Positions 1 to 8,454 are shown, numbered from the stretch's first letter. The stretch is 64,000 bases of DNA from Waterburya sp. (GCA_965217895.1 CBDCJV010000002.1:4896001-4960000); one strand, 5' to 3'. Notes: generated from the letters alone by a model not told the origin. Made by a program: numbers and translations.

Positions 1-663
1 AGCTACGTTATGAGCCTGACGACGCTTATCAATAATTGCTAAAGGAGCATCGTTGAGCTTTTTGGCAAATGCTCTGGCTCTGGCTACACCACCTACATCT
101 GGTGAAACCACAACTATATCGTCTAAATTTTTGGTTGATAAATAATTTAAAATGGCAGGAGAACCGTATACATGATCAGTAGGAATATCAAAATAGCCTT
201 GAATTTGCGCTGAATGCAGGTCCATAGCTAAAACTCTATTTGCTCCTGCCTCTGTCAGCAAATTGGCTACTAGTTTGGCTGTAATGGACTCCCTCCCAGC
301 AGTTTTGCGATCTGCTCTGGCGTAACCATAATAGGGAATGACTGGGGTTATCTGACGTGCTGATGCTCGGCGACAGGCATCAATCATAATCATTAATTCC
401 ATTAGGTTATCGTTTACAGGATTGCAGCAAGGCTGAAGCAAGTAAACATCTGCCCCTCGGATTGATTCTTGAATTTGGATATAAAGCTCTCCATCAGCAA
501 ACCGCTTACGAATCATTGGACCAAGATCCATTCCTAGGTAGTGGGCAACCTCTCTTGCAAGAAAAACGTTAGCAGAACCAGAAAACAATCTAAGGCGATT
601 GGAGTCTGAGAAAAAGGGAGTTTGCTCCATCGACTGAGGCATTAAGGTGGTACTATGGCTCAC
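1..663 (-). CDS. prs: ribose-phosphate pyrophosphokinase (5' part; runs off window start)
   Basis: Manual translation from GTG at 663: ...RLRLFSGSAN...RFADGELYIQIQESIRG...IPYYGYARADRK...VVVSPDVGGVARA...IDKRR, which are PRPP synthetase motifs. Not in the ORF track because it is truncated. Confidence 0.95.
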   Translation of the reverse strand, partial: MSHSTTLMPQSMEQTPFFSDSNRLRLFSGSANVFLAREVAHYLGMDLGPMIRKRFADGELYIQIQESIRGADVYLLQPCCNPVNDNLMELMIMIDACRRASARQITPVIPYYGYARADRKTAGRESITAKLVANLLTEAGANRVLAMDLHSAQIQGYFDIPTDHVYGSPAILNYLSTKNLDDIVVVSPDVGGVARARAFAKKLNDAPLAIIDKRRQAHNVA

Positions 664-976
664 GGCAAATATATTCAACTTAATTCAGGGCAATCTTATC
701 ATTGACTAGGCTATTGTTATGCACAATATTTTTGGTAGAGAAAACCTAAAATTCCTAGTTAATTACAAATATTTAAAGCAAAAATTTAGCTTTTGCTCAG
801 GCTTTTGGATGATATTTGTTCATCTGTATACCAAATCTCTCTAACATATTATATTTTTTTCGGTACTTTTCAACATCAGTACATCTTACTATGGTAGATC
901 TCATTAGCTATATCTATCGCATAATCTTGATATTGTAATAGAGCAAGTATAAAAAGCAACAATCACATAGCAGGTT

Positions 977-1687
977 ATGACAGCACTATTAATTACGGGG
1001 ACAGATACGGATGTGGGTAAAACATTTGTAACCGTTGCTTTAGCGGCTTATTGGCAACGATACCAATTGGATAAATATAAGAGTGAGAAAACCGTTTTGA
1101 GCATATTTAAATTAATGCAAACTGGTTTAGGGGATGCCGAATTATATAACCGTTTATTTGCTGAGTCTGAATTCACCGATATTGTCGTACCACTACGTTT
1201 TGATGCTCCTTTAGCACCACCCATCGCTGCTGCCCAAGAAGGCAAGATAATTGACTTGGGTAAAATCTGGCAGGAGTTGCAAGCTTCGCAACGAAAATCC
1301 AACTTAGTGTTATTGGAGTCTTTGGGTGGTTTAGGCTCTCCCGTAACCAATGAACTGACTGTAGGTAATATTGCTGCGGACTGGCGTTTACCCACGGTTC
1401 TAGTTGTACCCGTAAAGCTTGGTGCGATCGCCAATGCTGTGGCAAATGTAGCTTTGGCACGCAGTCTTAATATAGATTTTAAAGGAATTATTCTTAATTG
1501 TTCTCAAACCGAAGCGATGACAAGAATTAAGGATTTGACCCCAACTGATTTGATTCAGGCTTTAACCCAGGTGCCAATTGTAGGTACTTTGCCCCACATC
1601 AAAAATTTACATGATACACAAAAACTAGCCCAGATTGCTTCTAATTGGGATTTGGAATTAATCTTTCCGAAGACAAAATCTATCTAA
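977..1687 (+). CDS. bioD: dethiobiotin synthase
   Basis: N-terminal ITGTDTDVGKT P-loop, ESLGGLGSP and LGAI motifs. Confidence 0.93.
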   Translation: MTALLITGTDTDVGKTFVTVALAAYWQRYQLDKYKSEKTVLSIFKLMQTGLGDAELYNRLFAESEFTDIVVPLRFDAPLAPPIAAAQEGKIIDLGKIWQELQASQRKSNLVLLESLGGLGSPVTNELTVGNIAADWRLPTVLVVPVKLGAIANAVANVALARSLNIDFKGIILNCSQTEAMTRIKDLTPTDLIQALTQVPIVGTLPHIKNLHDTQKLAQIASNWDLELIFPKTKSI

Positions 1688-1816
1688 CACTTTAATTCGT
1701 TCAATAACTCAGTTCACTGGCTAAAAATTCTGGTTAAAGTAGCCTCATCACAAGACAAAAAGGTGAATGTGCAAGTCCTATTTATTGATACTTTGGTATC
1801 TTTCAATACATTTTTG

Positions 1817-1842
1817 CGTGTCATTATTTTATTTTTGAAACA
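1817..1842. repeat. 26-bp quasi-palindromic cassette-boundary site 1
   Basis: CGTGTCA-TTATTTTATTTT-TGAAACA, 9 bp from the stop of the 1852..2319 gene. Confidence 0.8.
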
Positions 1843-1851
1843 TTATAGCTA

Positions 1852-2319
1852 CTAAAGAAATCTACTTAAATCAAATTCTTCACCACTAGATTCGGCACTA
1901 AATCTCTCCGCATTAAGAATTAAAACTAATCTTTCTGCATAATCTACCGCCCCACGTAATTCATAGCTCAGTTTCTCTAGACCGCCGTTGGCATATTCTT
2001 CAAATATAAGAACTCTTTGTGCTTCTATAGCTATATTCTCCGTCGAGAGAATTTTGATATCTTGAGTCTCGGTAACCGCAATAAGTTTAATCAGGCGATC
2101 GTAACCACGAGAGATAAATACTTCTAAACTGATTGGTGCAGGTTCACTTTGGGATATTTCCGTCAGCTTGACTCTTTTTTGATGTTTGACTCCTAAACTG
2201 GCTGCAAAAGCAACAATGTCTGCATAGGTTTGAAATGCTCCCGTTGTTCCTTTTGTATCTAATAGTTTTTGAACCAACTCAGCTTTGTCTTTTGCTATTT
2301 TTATTCTGGGTAAAGCCAT
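1852..2319 (-). CDS. DNA phosphorothioation (dnd)-associated protein 4 family
   Basis: RIKIAKDKAELV...FQTYADIVAFAASLG...IFEEYANGGLE matches the cyanobacterial dnd-associated protein 4 pattern. Confidence 0.8.
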   Translation of the reverse strand: MALPRIKIAKDKAELVQKLLDTKGTTGAFQTYADIVAFAASLGVKHQKRVKLTEISQSEPAPISLEVFISRGYDRLIKLIAVTETQDIKILSTENIAIEAQRVLIFEEYANGGLEKLSYELRGAVDYAERLVLILNAERFSAESSGEEFDLSRFL

Positions 2320-2395
2320 GTTTTCTAAAAATAAAGGAATGAGGAGGCAAATTAAAAATGATTCTGAATAAGCTAAATTTTGCTATTGTGTTATT

Positions 2396-2421
2396 GGTGT
2401 CAAAATTAAAATAATGAAACA
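2396..2421. repeat. 26-bp cassette-boundary site 2
   Basis: GGTGTCA-AAATTAAAATAA-TGAAACA. Confidence 0.8.
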
Positions 2422-2431
2422 AAACTCTCAT

Positions 2432-2704
2432 TTATTTTAGTTTTCCAATACCTTTCATAACTTCAACTATCTTTAAATTTAAAGCGAGATTATTGTCTTC
2501 TCTGCAAAGAAAAGCTGCTTTTGTAAGATATTTAATGCTTCTTTTCGCATTTTCGTGATTTAGAGCAGCTATACCCTGAGCATAGTATCCATGTTCATCT
2601 ATTGATTTTATCTGGATTTAACTGAATAACTTCTGAAAAATCGGCGATCGCACCGATTAAATCTCCTAAATATTTACGAACAAATCCCCGATAATAGATA
2701 AAGG
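2432..2704 (-). pseudogene. tetratricopeptide-repeat protein remnant (5'-truncated, frameshifted)
   Basis: Manual translation YYRGFVRKYLGDLIGAIADFSEVIQLNPD (TPR consensus), then a frameshift into IDEHGYYAQGIAALNHENAKRSIKYLTKAA...LK*. No start codon before site 3. Confidence 0.7.
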
Positions 2705-2758
2705 TGTGTCACAATTAAATTAATGACACAATTGAGTATTTCATTTTAAGCAATTATC

Positions 2759-3031
2759 ATGCTGATTAACGGCAAAAAATACAGTTATCGCCAGTTAATT
2801 GAAGAGACTGGCCTATCTAGAAGCACTTTGCATCGACGTATTAAAACTCTTAAAGATTCAGGTGTTCCCTTAACAATGGGAGCTATTATACAGTTTCCTA
2901 CTACCTGGGCTTTTCACGATCGCCAAGGAAAATTTTATTCTTCTAAAACTGACTACGCAATTAAAAACAACATTCCCTACTATGAAATGTTTCAAAATTC
3001 TAATTCTGACACAAATAAAGATATAAATTAA
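2759..3031 (+). CDS. small helix-turn-helix protein
   Basis: SYRQLIEETGLSRSTLHRRIK is HTH-like. Confidence 0.65.
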   Translation: MLINGKKYSYRQLIEETGLSRSTLHRRIKTLKDSGVPLTMGAIIQFPTTWAFHDRQGKFYSSKTDYAIKNNIPYYEMFQNSNSDTNKDIN

Positions 3032-3037
3032 ACAAAA

Positions 3038-3640
3038 ATGTTTACAGACTTATTAAATTTATCAATTAATCAAGATAGCTCAACTCTACAAGATCAGGTC
3101 TTAAGCCTGTCAGGTATGACTTGGGAAGATTACGATCGCCTAACTCAAGAATCGAATAGCTATCGCCTATCTTATTCAGAGGGAATCATCACTATCGTGT
3201 CGCCATCTTATAATCACGAGGTTATCGAGCGAACAATATCTGGGTTAATTACTGCTTACTGTCGTAAGTATAGTTTGCCCTATTTTCCGATGGGTTCAAC
3301 TACGCTAAAAAATCCTCCTTTAACTGGCAAAGAACCCGATAGTTCTTATGCCTTCCGTACTCGTAAGCCTATCCCCGATCTGGCGATAGAAGTCGTTTAT
3401 AGCAGTGGTGGTACTGCCGATCTAGATAAATATAAGCTGCTAGGGGTTGGCGAAGTTTGGTTTTGGCAGAATGAAAATATTAAGTTCTACAGGTTAACTA
3501 GCACTGATTATCAAGAGATAGAAACAAGCGATCGCCTATCTAGATTAAGTTCTACTTTTTTAATTGATTTTATCAACCGAGGATTAAGCGAAAGCCCTCT
3601 AACTATTGAGGCAGATTTTGTTCAAGCTCTACCTGATTAA
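3038..3640 (+). CDS. Uma2 family (PD-(D/E)XK) putative endonuclease
   Basis: MTWEDY, SPSYNHE, KEPDSSY, PDLAIEVV, KYKLLGVGEVWFW. Confidence 0.92.
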   Translation: MFTDLLNLSINQDSSTLQDQVLSLSGMTWEDYDRLTQESNSYRLSYSEGIITIVSPSYNHEVIERTISGLITAYCRKYSLPYFPMGSTTLKNPPLTGKEPDSSYAFRTRKPIPDLAIEVVYSSGGTADLDKYKLLGVGEVWFWQNENIKFYRLTSTDYQEIETSDRLSRLSSTFLIDFINRGLSESPLTIEADFVQALPD

Positions 3641-3646
3641 TCACAA

Positions 3647-4153
3647 TTAAATCTCTGCCATAACTCGCTTGATGTGCTGATAATTATCTAGTCCTTCGTC
3701 TATCTCAAAATCGTCTAAATTGAGAATTTCCAAGTTTAAAAATTCTGCTTGCTTGGCTTCTTCAATCTTTTTTCGTCTTCTGGCTATTTTTTTAGCCTCA
3801 ACTTCTGCCATCGGATCGAATTTTTCAATCAACCAAGTTGACTGTTTTTCTAGCTCGCCATTTTTATTGACAACATCTATTTTGCTGTAGCGAATAAATT
3901 TGTATCGTTCGTATTTATAGCCAGTTTTGAGGGGTTTGAAACCAATTAACTCTTTAATTTCTTTGTCAGTTAGTGTTTCTCTAGATTTGGCGTAAATTTC
4001 AAACTGGGCATAAGCCTGTATTCTTTCGTTAGAGGCGATCGCATCTAAGGCATTGCGTCTGATTATTTCCATATCCAGAATTGCTGGAAAATCAGTATCG
4101 TATTTGTCTTGGCAGCTTTTATTAGAGGTGCATTCAATCTGGTCTTGATTCAT
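3647..4153 (-). CDS. hypothetical protein
   Basis: 168-aa charged ORF, convergent with Uma2; no family recognised. Confidence 0.6.
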   Translation of the reverse strand: MNQDQIECTSNKSCQDKYDTDFPAILDMEIIRRNALDAIASNERIQAYAQFEIYAKSRETLTDKEIKELIGFKPLKTGYKYERYKFIRYSKIDVVNKNGELEKQSTWLIEKFDPMAEVEAKKIARRRKKIEEAKQAEFLNLEILNLDDFEIDEGLDNYQHIKRVMAEI

Positions 4154-4279
4154 GAGACAATTATTATTTTTAGCTTATATGTATCAAATATTTAATTATG
4201 ACACCTAAAGGCGATCGCTGTTGTAAATTCTGTAGGATAAGTGTGTAGCAAAGATGTTTTTTAAATACCAAAAATCAGC

Positions 4280-5371
4280 ATGGCTAAACCTAAAAAGACT
4301 GAAGAAAGAGACGGTTGCGCTATTCTAATGCGTCGCACGTTTTTATTTTTTGTTAGTTTGGCGATCGCAAAATTGCTCAATGAATATTTTTCCGTAGCTG
4401 CTAATCGTACTAAATCTTGGAATTTTTTACAAAGCCTCAAGGGTAAATATATTAGCTGGAGAACGGGAAAACCAGAGCCAGAGATAATTAAACCACTGCC
4501 AAAACAAGATTCGGCAATTAATTCTCAACCTGATAGTAGCAAAAAAAAGAGCGCGGAAGACAATAAACCAAATTCATCATCATCTCAGACAGTAAAGCCT
4601 GGAAAACCGATTAAATTTGAGAAAAAGACTTTGTTTGGAGTATCGTTCTATCAAACAACCATCGATTTACAAGATCCTGAAACTTTCATTACTATTGGTT
4701 TAGCTAATAATGCGCTACAAGCTAACAGCAACAAAGTATCTTCAGGGGACGAACCGTTTACGGAAATGGTTAATCGTGCTAAAGCAGCAGTAGCAATTAA
4801 CGGAACATTTTTTAGCATTGACGAAGAAAAGCGAGTCTTGGGAAATATGATCGCTAGTGGAAAGTTCCTGAAATATAGTCCTTGGGAAAATTATGGTACA
4901 ACCCTGGGTATTAAAGCAGAAAATCAATTAGAAATGGTTACAGCCAGAGAATCAGGTCAACCAGATTGGTCAAAACATTGGTTCTCGCTTACCTGTGGCC
5001 CTAGATTGCTTAAAGACGGAAAAATTTGGCTAAAACCAGAGTTAGAGGGCTTTCGTGACCCTCATATATTTGATCGGGGAGGTAGAACCGCGATCGGTTA
5101 TTCTCAAACAGAAGATAAGATCTATCTGGTTACCTTTCTCTCAATTCTTTCTTTAGAAGATGAAGCTAAATTAATGAGAGGGATTGGTTGTTATCAGGCA
5201 ATGAATTTAGATGGTGGAGCATCACGTTCTTTAGCCTATCGCGATCGCATTATCGTTCCCGCAGGACGTTCTTTAACCAACATTATTTTAGTTTACGATA
5301 CACAAAACCCTGCTCCAGAATCCTTAAAAGAATCCTGGCATAAGTTTCAAGTGCGGTCTGAAGCAAGTTAA
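4280..5371 (+). CDS. phosphodiester glycosidase family protein (NAGPA/DUF2233-like)
   Basis: AINGTFF, GPRLLKDG, RTAIG, AMNLDGGAS motifs. Confidence 0.85.
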   Translation: MAKPKKTEERDGCAILMRRTFLFFVSLAIAKLLNEYFSVAANRTKSWNFLQSLKGKYISWRTGKPEPEIIKPLPKQDSAINSQPDSSKKKSAEDNKPNSSSSQTVKPGKPIKFEKKTLFGVSFYQTTIDLQDPETFITIGLANNALQANSNKVSSGDEPFTEMVNRAKAAVAINGTFFSIDEEKRVLGNMIASGKFLKYSPWENYGTTLGIKAENQLEMVTARESGQPDWSKHWFSLTCGPRLLKDGKIWLKPELEGFRDPHIFDRGGRTAIGYSQTEDKIYLVTFLSILSLEDEAKLMRGIGCYQAMNLDGGASRSLAYRDRIIVPAGRSLTNIILVYDTQNPAPESLKESWHKFQVRSEAS

Positions 5372-5381
5372 TGATGTCTAA

Positions 5382-5505
5382 GGCGTTGGTGATTTAAGTA
5401 ATGACTTACAATATATTACTGCTCGTAGCTATTAGCTTTTAAAAAGTTGTATGTTTTTGGTTGATAAGTAAAATATGGGTTTAGCATTACGCATTCACCA
5501 ACGCC
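5382..5505. mobile_element. MITE-like element (GGCGTTGGTGA...TCACCAACGCC)
   Basis: 11-bp terminal inverted repeats; related copy at 52361..52560. Confidence 0.7.
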
Positions 5506-5534
5506 ATGTTTAATTACCAGTTAATCAAATTTTG

Positions 5535-5560
5535 TGTGTCAAAAATCAATAAATGAAACA
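5535..5560. repeat. 26-bp cassette-boundary site 5
   Basis: TGTGTCA-AAAATCAATAAA-TGAAACA, 24 bp from the MOSC stop. Confidence 0.8.
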
Positions 5561-5584
5561 TTTGATGATTTTTAAGATGTGTTT

Positions 5585-6124
5585 CTAAACTCGTTCAAGC
5601 GATCGATAGGGTTTGGCTGGAAGTTGAATACGAATATTATCCCCCGCACTTACTACTCCATCCGTTAGCACAATCCCCATAATCCCTGCTTTACGAATGA
5701 TATTGTGTATATCCTTGTCTAGCACGGCTGCCATTAAACCCGCTTTAAAGCCGTCTAGTTGAGCGCAGGGATTTCGTAACCCAGTTATCTGAATTACGGC
5801 TTTTTCACCAACATATAGCTTTGTATCAGTAGGTAAGCTTAATAAATCCATTCCCCTGGTAGTTATATTTTCTCCCATTTGGCCAGGAAGGATATCAAAA
5901 CCTTTTGTTTTTAGTTCATCATGTAATTCTGCGTGAATTAAATGCACCTGTCTTAAATTAGGCTGACTCGGATCTTTAGCTACTCTCGATCTATGTTTAA
6001 CCGTTTCTCCTGCATGAGAATCTCCCTCTATACCCAATCCTGCTATTAGTTTGATGCTTTCTCGGTTGGTTTTACTAAATGAATTGGTTGTACTAAGACT
6101 TACGACGATTACTCTTGCAGACAT
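5585..6124 (-). CDS. MOSC domain-containing protein
   Basis: GIEGDSHAG, RQVHLI, GQMGENITT, RNPCAQLD. Confidence 0.9.
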   Translation of the reverse strand: MSARVIVVSLSTTNSFSKTNRESIKLIAGLGIEGDSHAGETVKHRSRVAKDPSQPNLRQVHLIHAELHDELKTKGFDILPGQMGENITTRGMDLLSLPTDTKLYVGEKAVIQITGLRNPCAQLDGFKAGLMAAVLDKDIHNIIRKAGIMGIVLTDGVVSAGDNIRIQLPAKPYRSLERV

Positions 6125-6150
6125 TAAAATATTTTCTCTTTTATAGATAA

Positions 6151-6176
6151 TGTATCACTTCTTTATTTGTGACACA
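6151..6176. repeat. 26-bp cassette-boundary site 6
   Basis: TGTATCA-CTTCTTTATTTG-TGACACA, 26 bp upstream of the MOSC ATG. Confidence 0.8.
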
Positions 6177-6234
6177 TTTGAGTAACGTTGGTAATTTAAT
6201 GAAATCCCATTTTTTCGAGTCTTTTCTCGACCAA

Positions 6235-7686
6235 TCACAATATTTGAGACAGTTTCAAGATGCCTTGCTCTATTTGAGTTTCGTCTAGTTGGGCATAACC
6301 GAAGATAAATTCTCCTTGATGTTGAGGTTTTAAATAATATTCTCTAGCACTTATCAAGCCAATTCCAGCAGTAGCAGCCTTTTGAATAGCAATATCATCC
6401 GCTAAAACCGTTTCAATTTTTACCATCAGATGAATACCTGCATTTTCTCCCAAGATAGTTACTCTCTCTCCAAAATAGTCTTTAAGAGCCTTAATTAAAA
6501 CTTGGCGACGCAGATTGTAAAGATGTCGCATTCGCCGAATATGCCGTTCAAAATGTCCTGATGCAATCCAATCGGTAAGGGCATACTGTTCTAAAATTGG
6601 ACAAAAGCGATCGCATAACCACTTAGCTTTACTAATGATTGGTATCCATGCAGGAGTCACAACTAAATAGCCAATTCGTAGAGACGGAAAGAGAATTTTA
6701 GAGAAAGTACCAATATAAATTACCGACTGACTTCGATCCATTCCTTGCAAAGCGGGAATCGGTTGTTCTCCATAACGATACTCGCTGTCGTAATCGTCTT
6801 CAATAATTAGGGTGTTTGTTTTTTGCGCCCACTGAAGAAGTGCTATTCTTTGAGTTAACGACATAGTAACCCCTGTAGGAAATTGATGTGAAGGTGTGAC
6901 ATAAACCAGCTTGAATTTTTGACGATAATTACTAAGAAAAGATACGTCTAAACCTTCGCAGTTCACAGGTATAGGTTGTAAATTAGCCCTTTGTCCCATA
7001 AAACAATAGCGTGCGCCAAGATAACCAGGCTCTTCCATCGCTACCCAATCTCCTGGATCTAAGATTAGACGAGCAATCAAGTCTAATGCTTGCTGAGAAC
7101 CGTTAATAATAACTATTTGTTCTGGAGTACAGCGAACCGCACGGGAACGTCCTAAATAGTTAGCTATTTCTAACCTCAAAGGAAAATATCCCGCAGCATC
7201 AGCAGCATAATTAAGTAAAGTCGAATTTTCACAGTGGCGAGCCAAAAACTTCCGCCATTGTTGCATCGGAAAATACTTTACCGCAGGATTACCGTAGCGA
7301 AAGCTAATTTCATAATCTGGTTCTGAGACTTCTAAATGTTTGATAGAGGTTAAACTCAAGCCAAATTGGGACAAGGTACAAGCCTTAGATACTTTAGCTG
7401 TTACAGGTTCTATTGACTGCGATTTTAACCACTCATCGGGTATTTGCTGACAAATATAAGTACCACTACCACGACGAGTTTCTAAATATCCCTCGCTTTC
7501 TAACTGTTCGTAGCTTTGAACTACCGTAGAGCGAGAAATAGTTAAAGACTTTGCCAAACTTCGAGATGAAGGTAGTTTTTGGTTAGGCTTGAGTCTTCCC
7601 TCTAATACAGCATCACGAATTTTTTCTATTAGCTGCTGATACAGGGATGTTTTAGAAGCGCGATCTAGATGGATAGCTAAGTCCAT
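6235..7686 (-). CDS. MocR/GabR-family GntR regulator with PLP-dependent aminotransferase domain
   Basis: GntR HTH (LPSSRSLA...SRSTVVQSYEQL), VTPSHQFPTG, IIEDDYDSEYRY, GTFSK. Confidence 0.95.
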   Translation of the reverse strand: MDLAIHLDRASKTSLYQQLIEKIRDAVLEGRLKPNQKLPSSRSLAKSLTISRSTVVQSYEQLESEGYLETRRGSGTYICQQIPDEWLKSQSIEPVTAKVSKACTLSQFGLSLTSIKHLEVSEPDYEISFRYGNPAVKYFPMQQWRKFLARHCENSTLLNYAADAAGYFPLRLEIANYLGRSRAVRCTPEQIVIINGSQQALDLIARLILDPGDWVAMEEPGYLGARYCFMGQRANLQPIPVNCEGLDVSFLSNYRQKFKLVYVTPSHQFPTGVTMSLTQRIALLQWAQKTNTLIIEDDYDSEYRYGEQPIPALQGMDRSQSVIYIGTFSKILFPSLRIGYLVVTPAWIPIISKAKWLCDRFCPILEQYALTDWIASGHFERHIRRMRHLYNLRRQVLIKALKDYFGERVTILGENAGIHLMVKIETVLADDIAIQKAATAGIGLISAREYYLKPQHQGEFIFGYAQLDETQIEQGILKLSQIL

Positions 7687-7695
7687 AATTTTACC

Positions 7696-7743
7696 AAGTG
7701 GACTGATGTAAAAAACTTAAATTGGCTCTTGAATCATACCAAT
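7696..7743. promoter_or_regulatory. putative MocR-family operator
   Basis: AAGTGGAC...AATTGGCTC direct pair plus inverted ACCAAT between the divergent MocR and flavin-binding genes. Confidence 0.45.
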
Positions 7744-7788
7744 ATTCTTTTTATTCTGATCAGAGAAAAACAACTACAAAAATAACTA

Positions 7789-8454
7789 ATGTCTGATTCT
7801 GATAATCTTCAAGTAACTAAACGCAGTAAAATCAAACGCTTACCTAAACGAGGTAGTCAAGAGCGAGAACTGATCTACGATATTTTAGATGAAGCACTGA
7901 TAGCCCATGTGGGATTTATTACTGACAATCAGCCTTTTGTAATTCCGATGGCATACGGCAGAGAAGGCGATCGCCTATATCTTCATGGTTCTTCTGTTAG
8001 TCGCTTGCTTAAAACCTTAGAAAAAGGTGTTGATGTATGTTTCACCGTAACGTTACTAGATGGACTAGTAATTGCCCGCTCTTTGTTTCATCATTCAATG
8101 AATTACCGCTCTGTAGTCTTGTTTGGTAAAGCCAAGCTAGTTGAAAGCGAAACCGAGAAAATGACCGCTCTACGAGCTTTTACAGAACAAATGATCCCTA
8201 AACGCTGGTCAGATGCCCGTCTCCCTAATTCCCAAGAATTAAAAGCCACAACTGTTCTATCTTTTCTTATTGAAGAAGGTTCGGCAAAAGTTCGTACGGG
8301 TTCACCATCAGATGATGCAGAAGATTACGCATTGCCGATTTGGGCGGGAGAATTGCCCCTAAAAATAACACCAGGAGTTCTTATCCCAGATCCTAAGCTT
8401 ATAGAAGAAATTACACCGCCATCTAATTTGACCAATTACCGTCGAGGAAAATAA
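7789..8454 (+). CDS. pyridoxamine 5'-phosphate oxidase-like flavin-binding protein
   Basis: YLHGS, LDGLVIARSLFHHSMNYRSVVLFG. Confidence 0.9.
   Translation: MSDSDNLQVTKRSKIKRLPKRGSQERELIYDILDEALIAHVGFITDNQPFVIPMAYGREGDRLYLHGSSVSRLLKTLEKGVDVCFTVTLLDGLVIARSLFHHSMNYRSVVLFGKAKLVESETEKMTALRAFTEQMIPKRWSDARLPNSQELKATTVLSFLIEEGSAKVRTGSPSDDAEDYALPIWAGELPLKITPGVLIPDPKLIEEITPPSNLTNYRRGK

Larger units (their letters stand above)
2705..4205. mobile_element. non-autonomous 1.5-kb module bounded by inverted 26-bp sites 3 and 4, with 6-bp flanking direct repeat
   Basis: Left end TGTGTCACAATTAAATTAATGACACA (2705-2730). Right end reverse complement GGTGTCATAATTAAATATTTGATACA (4180-4205). TAAAGG at 2699-2704 and 4206-4211. 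Confidence 0.7.

Noticed and set aside
1595..1618. CACATCA-N10-TGATACA, resembling the cassette site
   Set aside because: Spacer is 10 not 12 bp, the left arm is poor, and it lies inside bioD.
1817..6176. CRISPR array or classical integron reading of the repeated sites
   Set aside because: Spacing is gene-sized and irregular, there are no cas or intI genes, and no GTTRRRY/RYYYAAC attC cores were seen.
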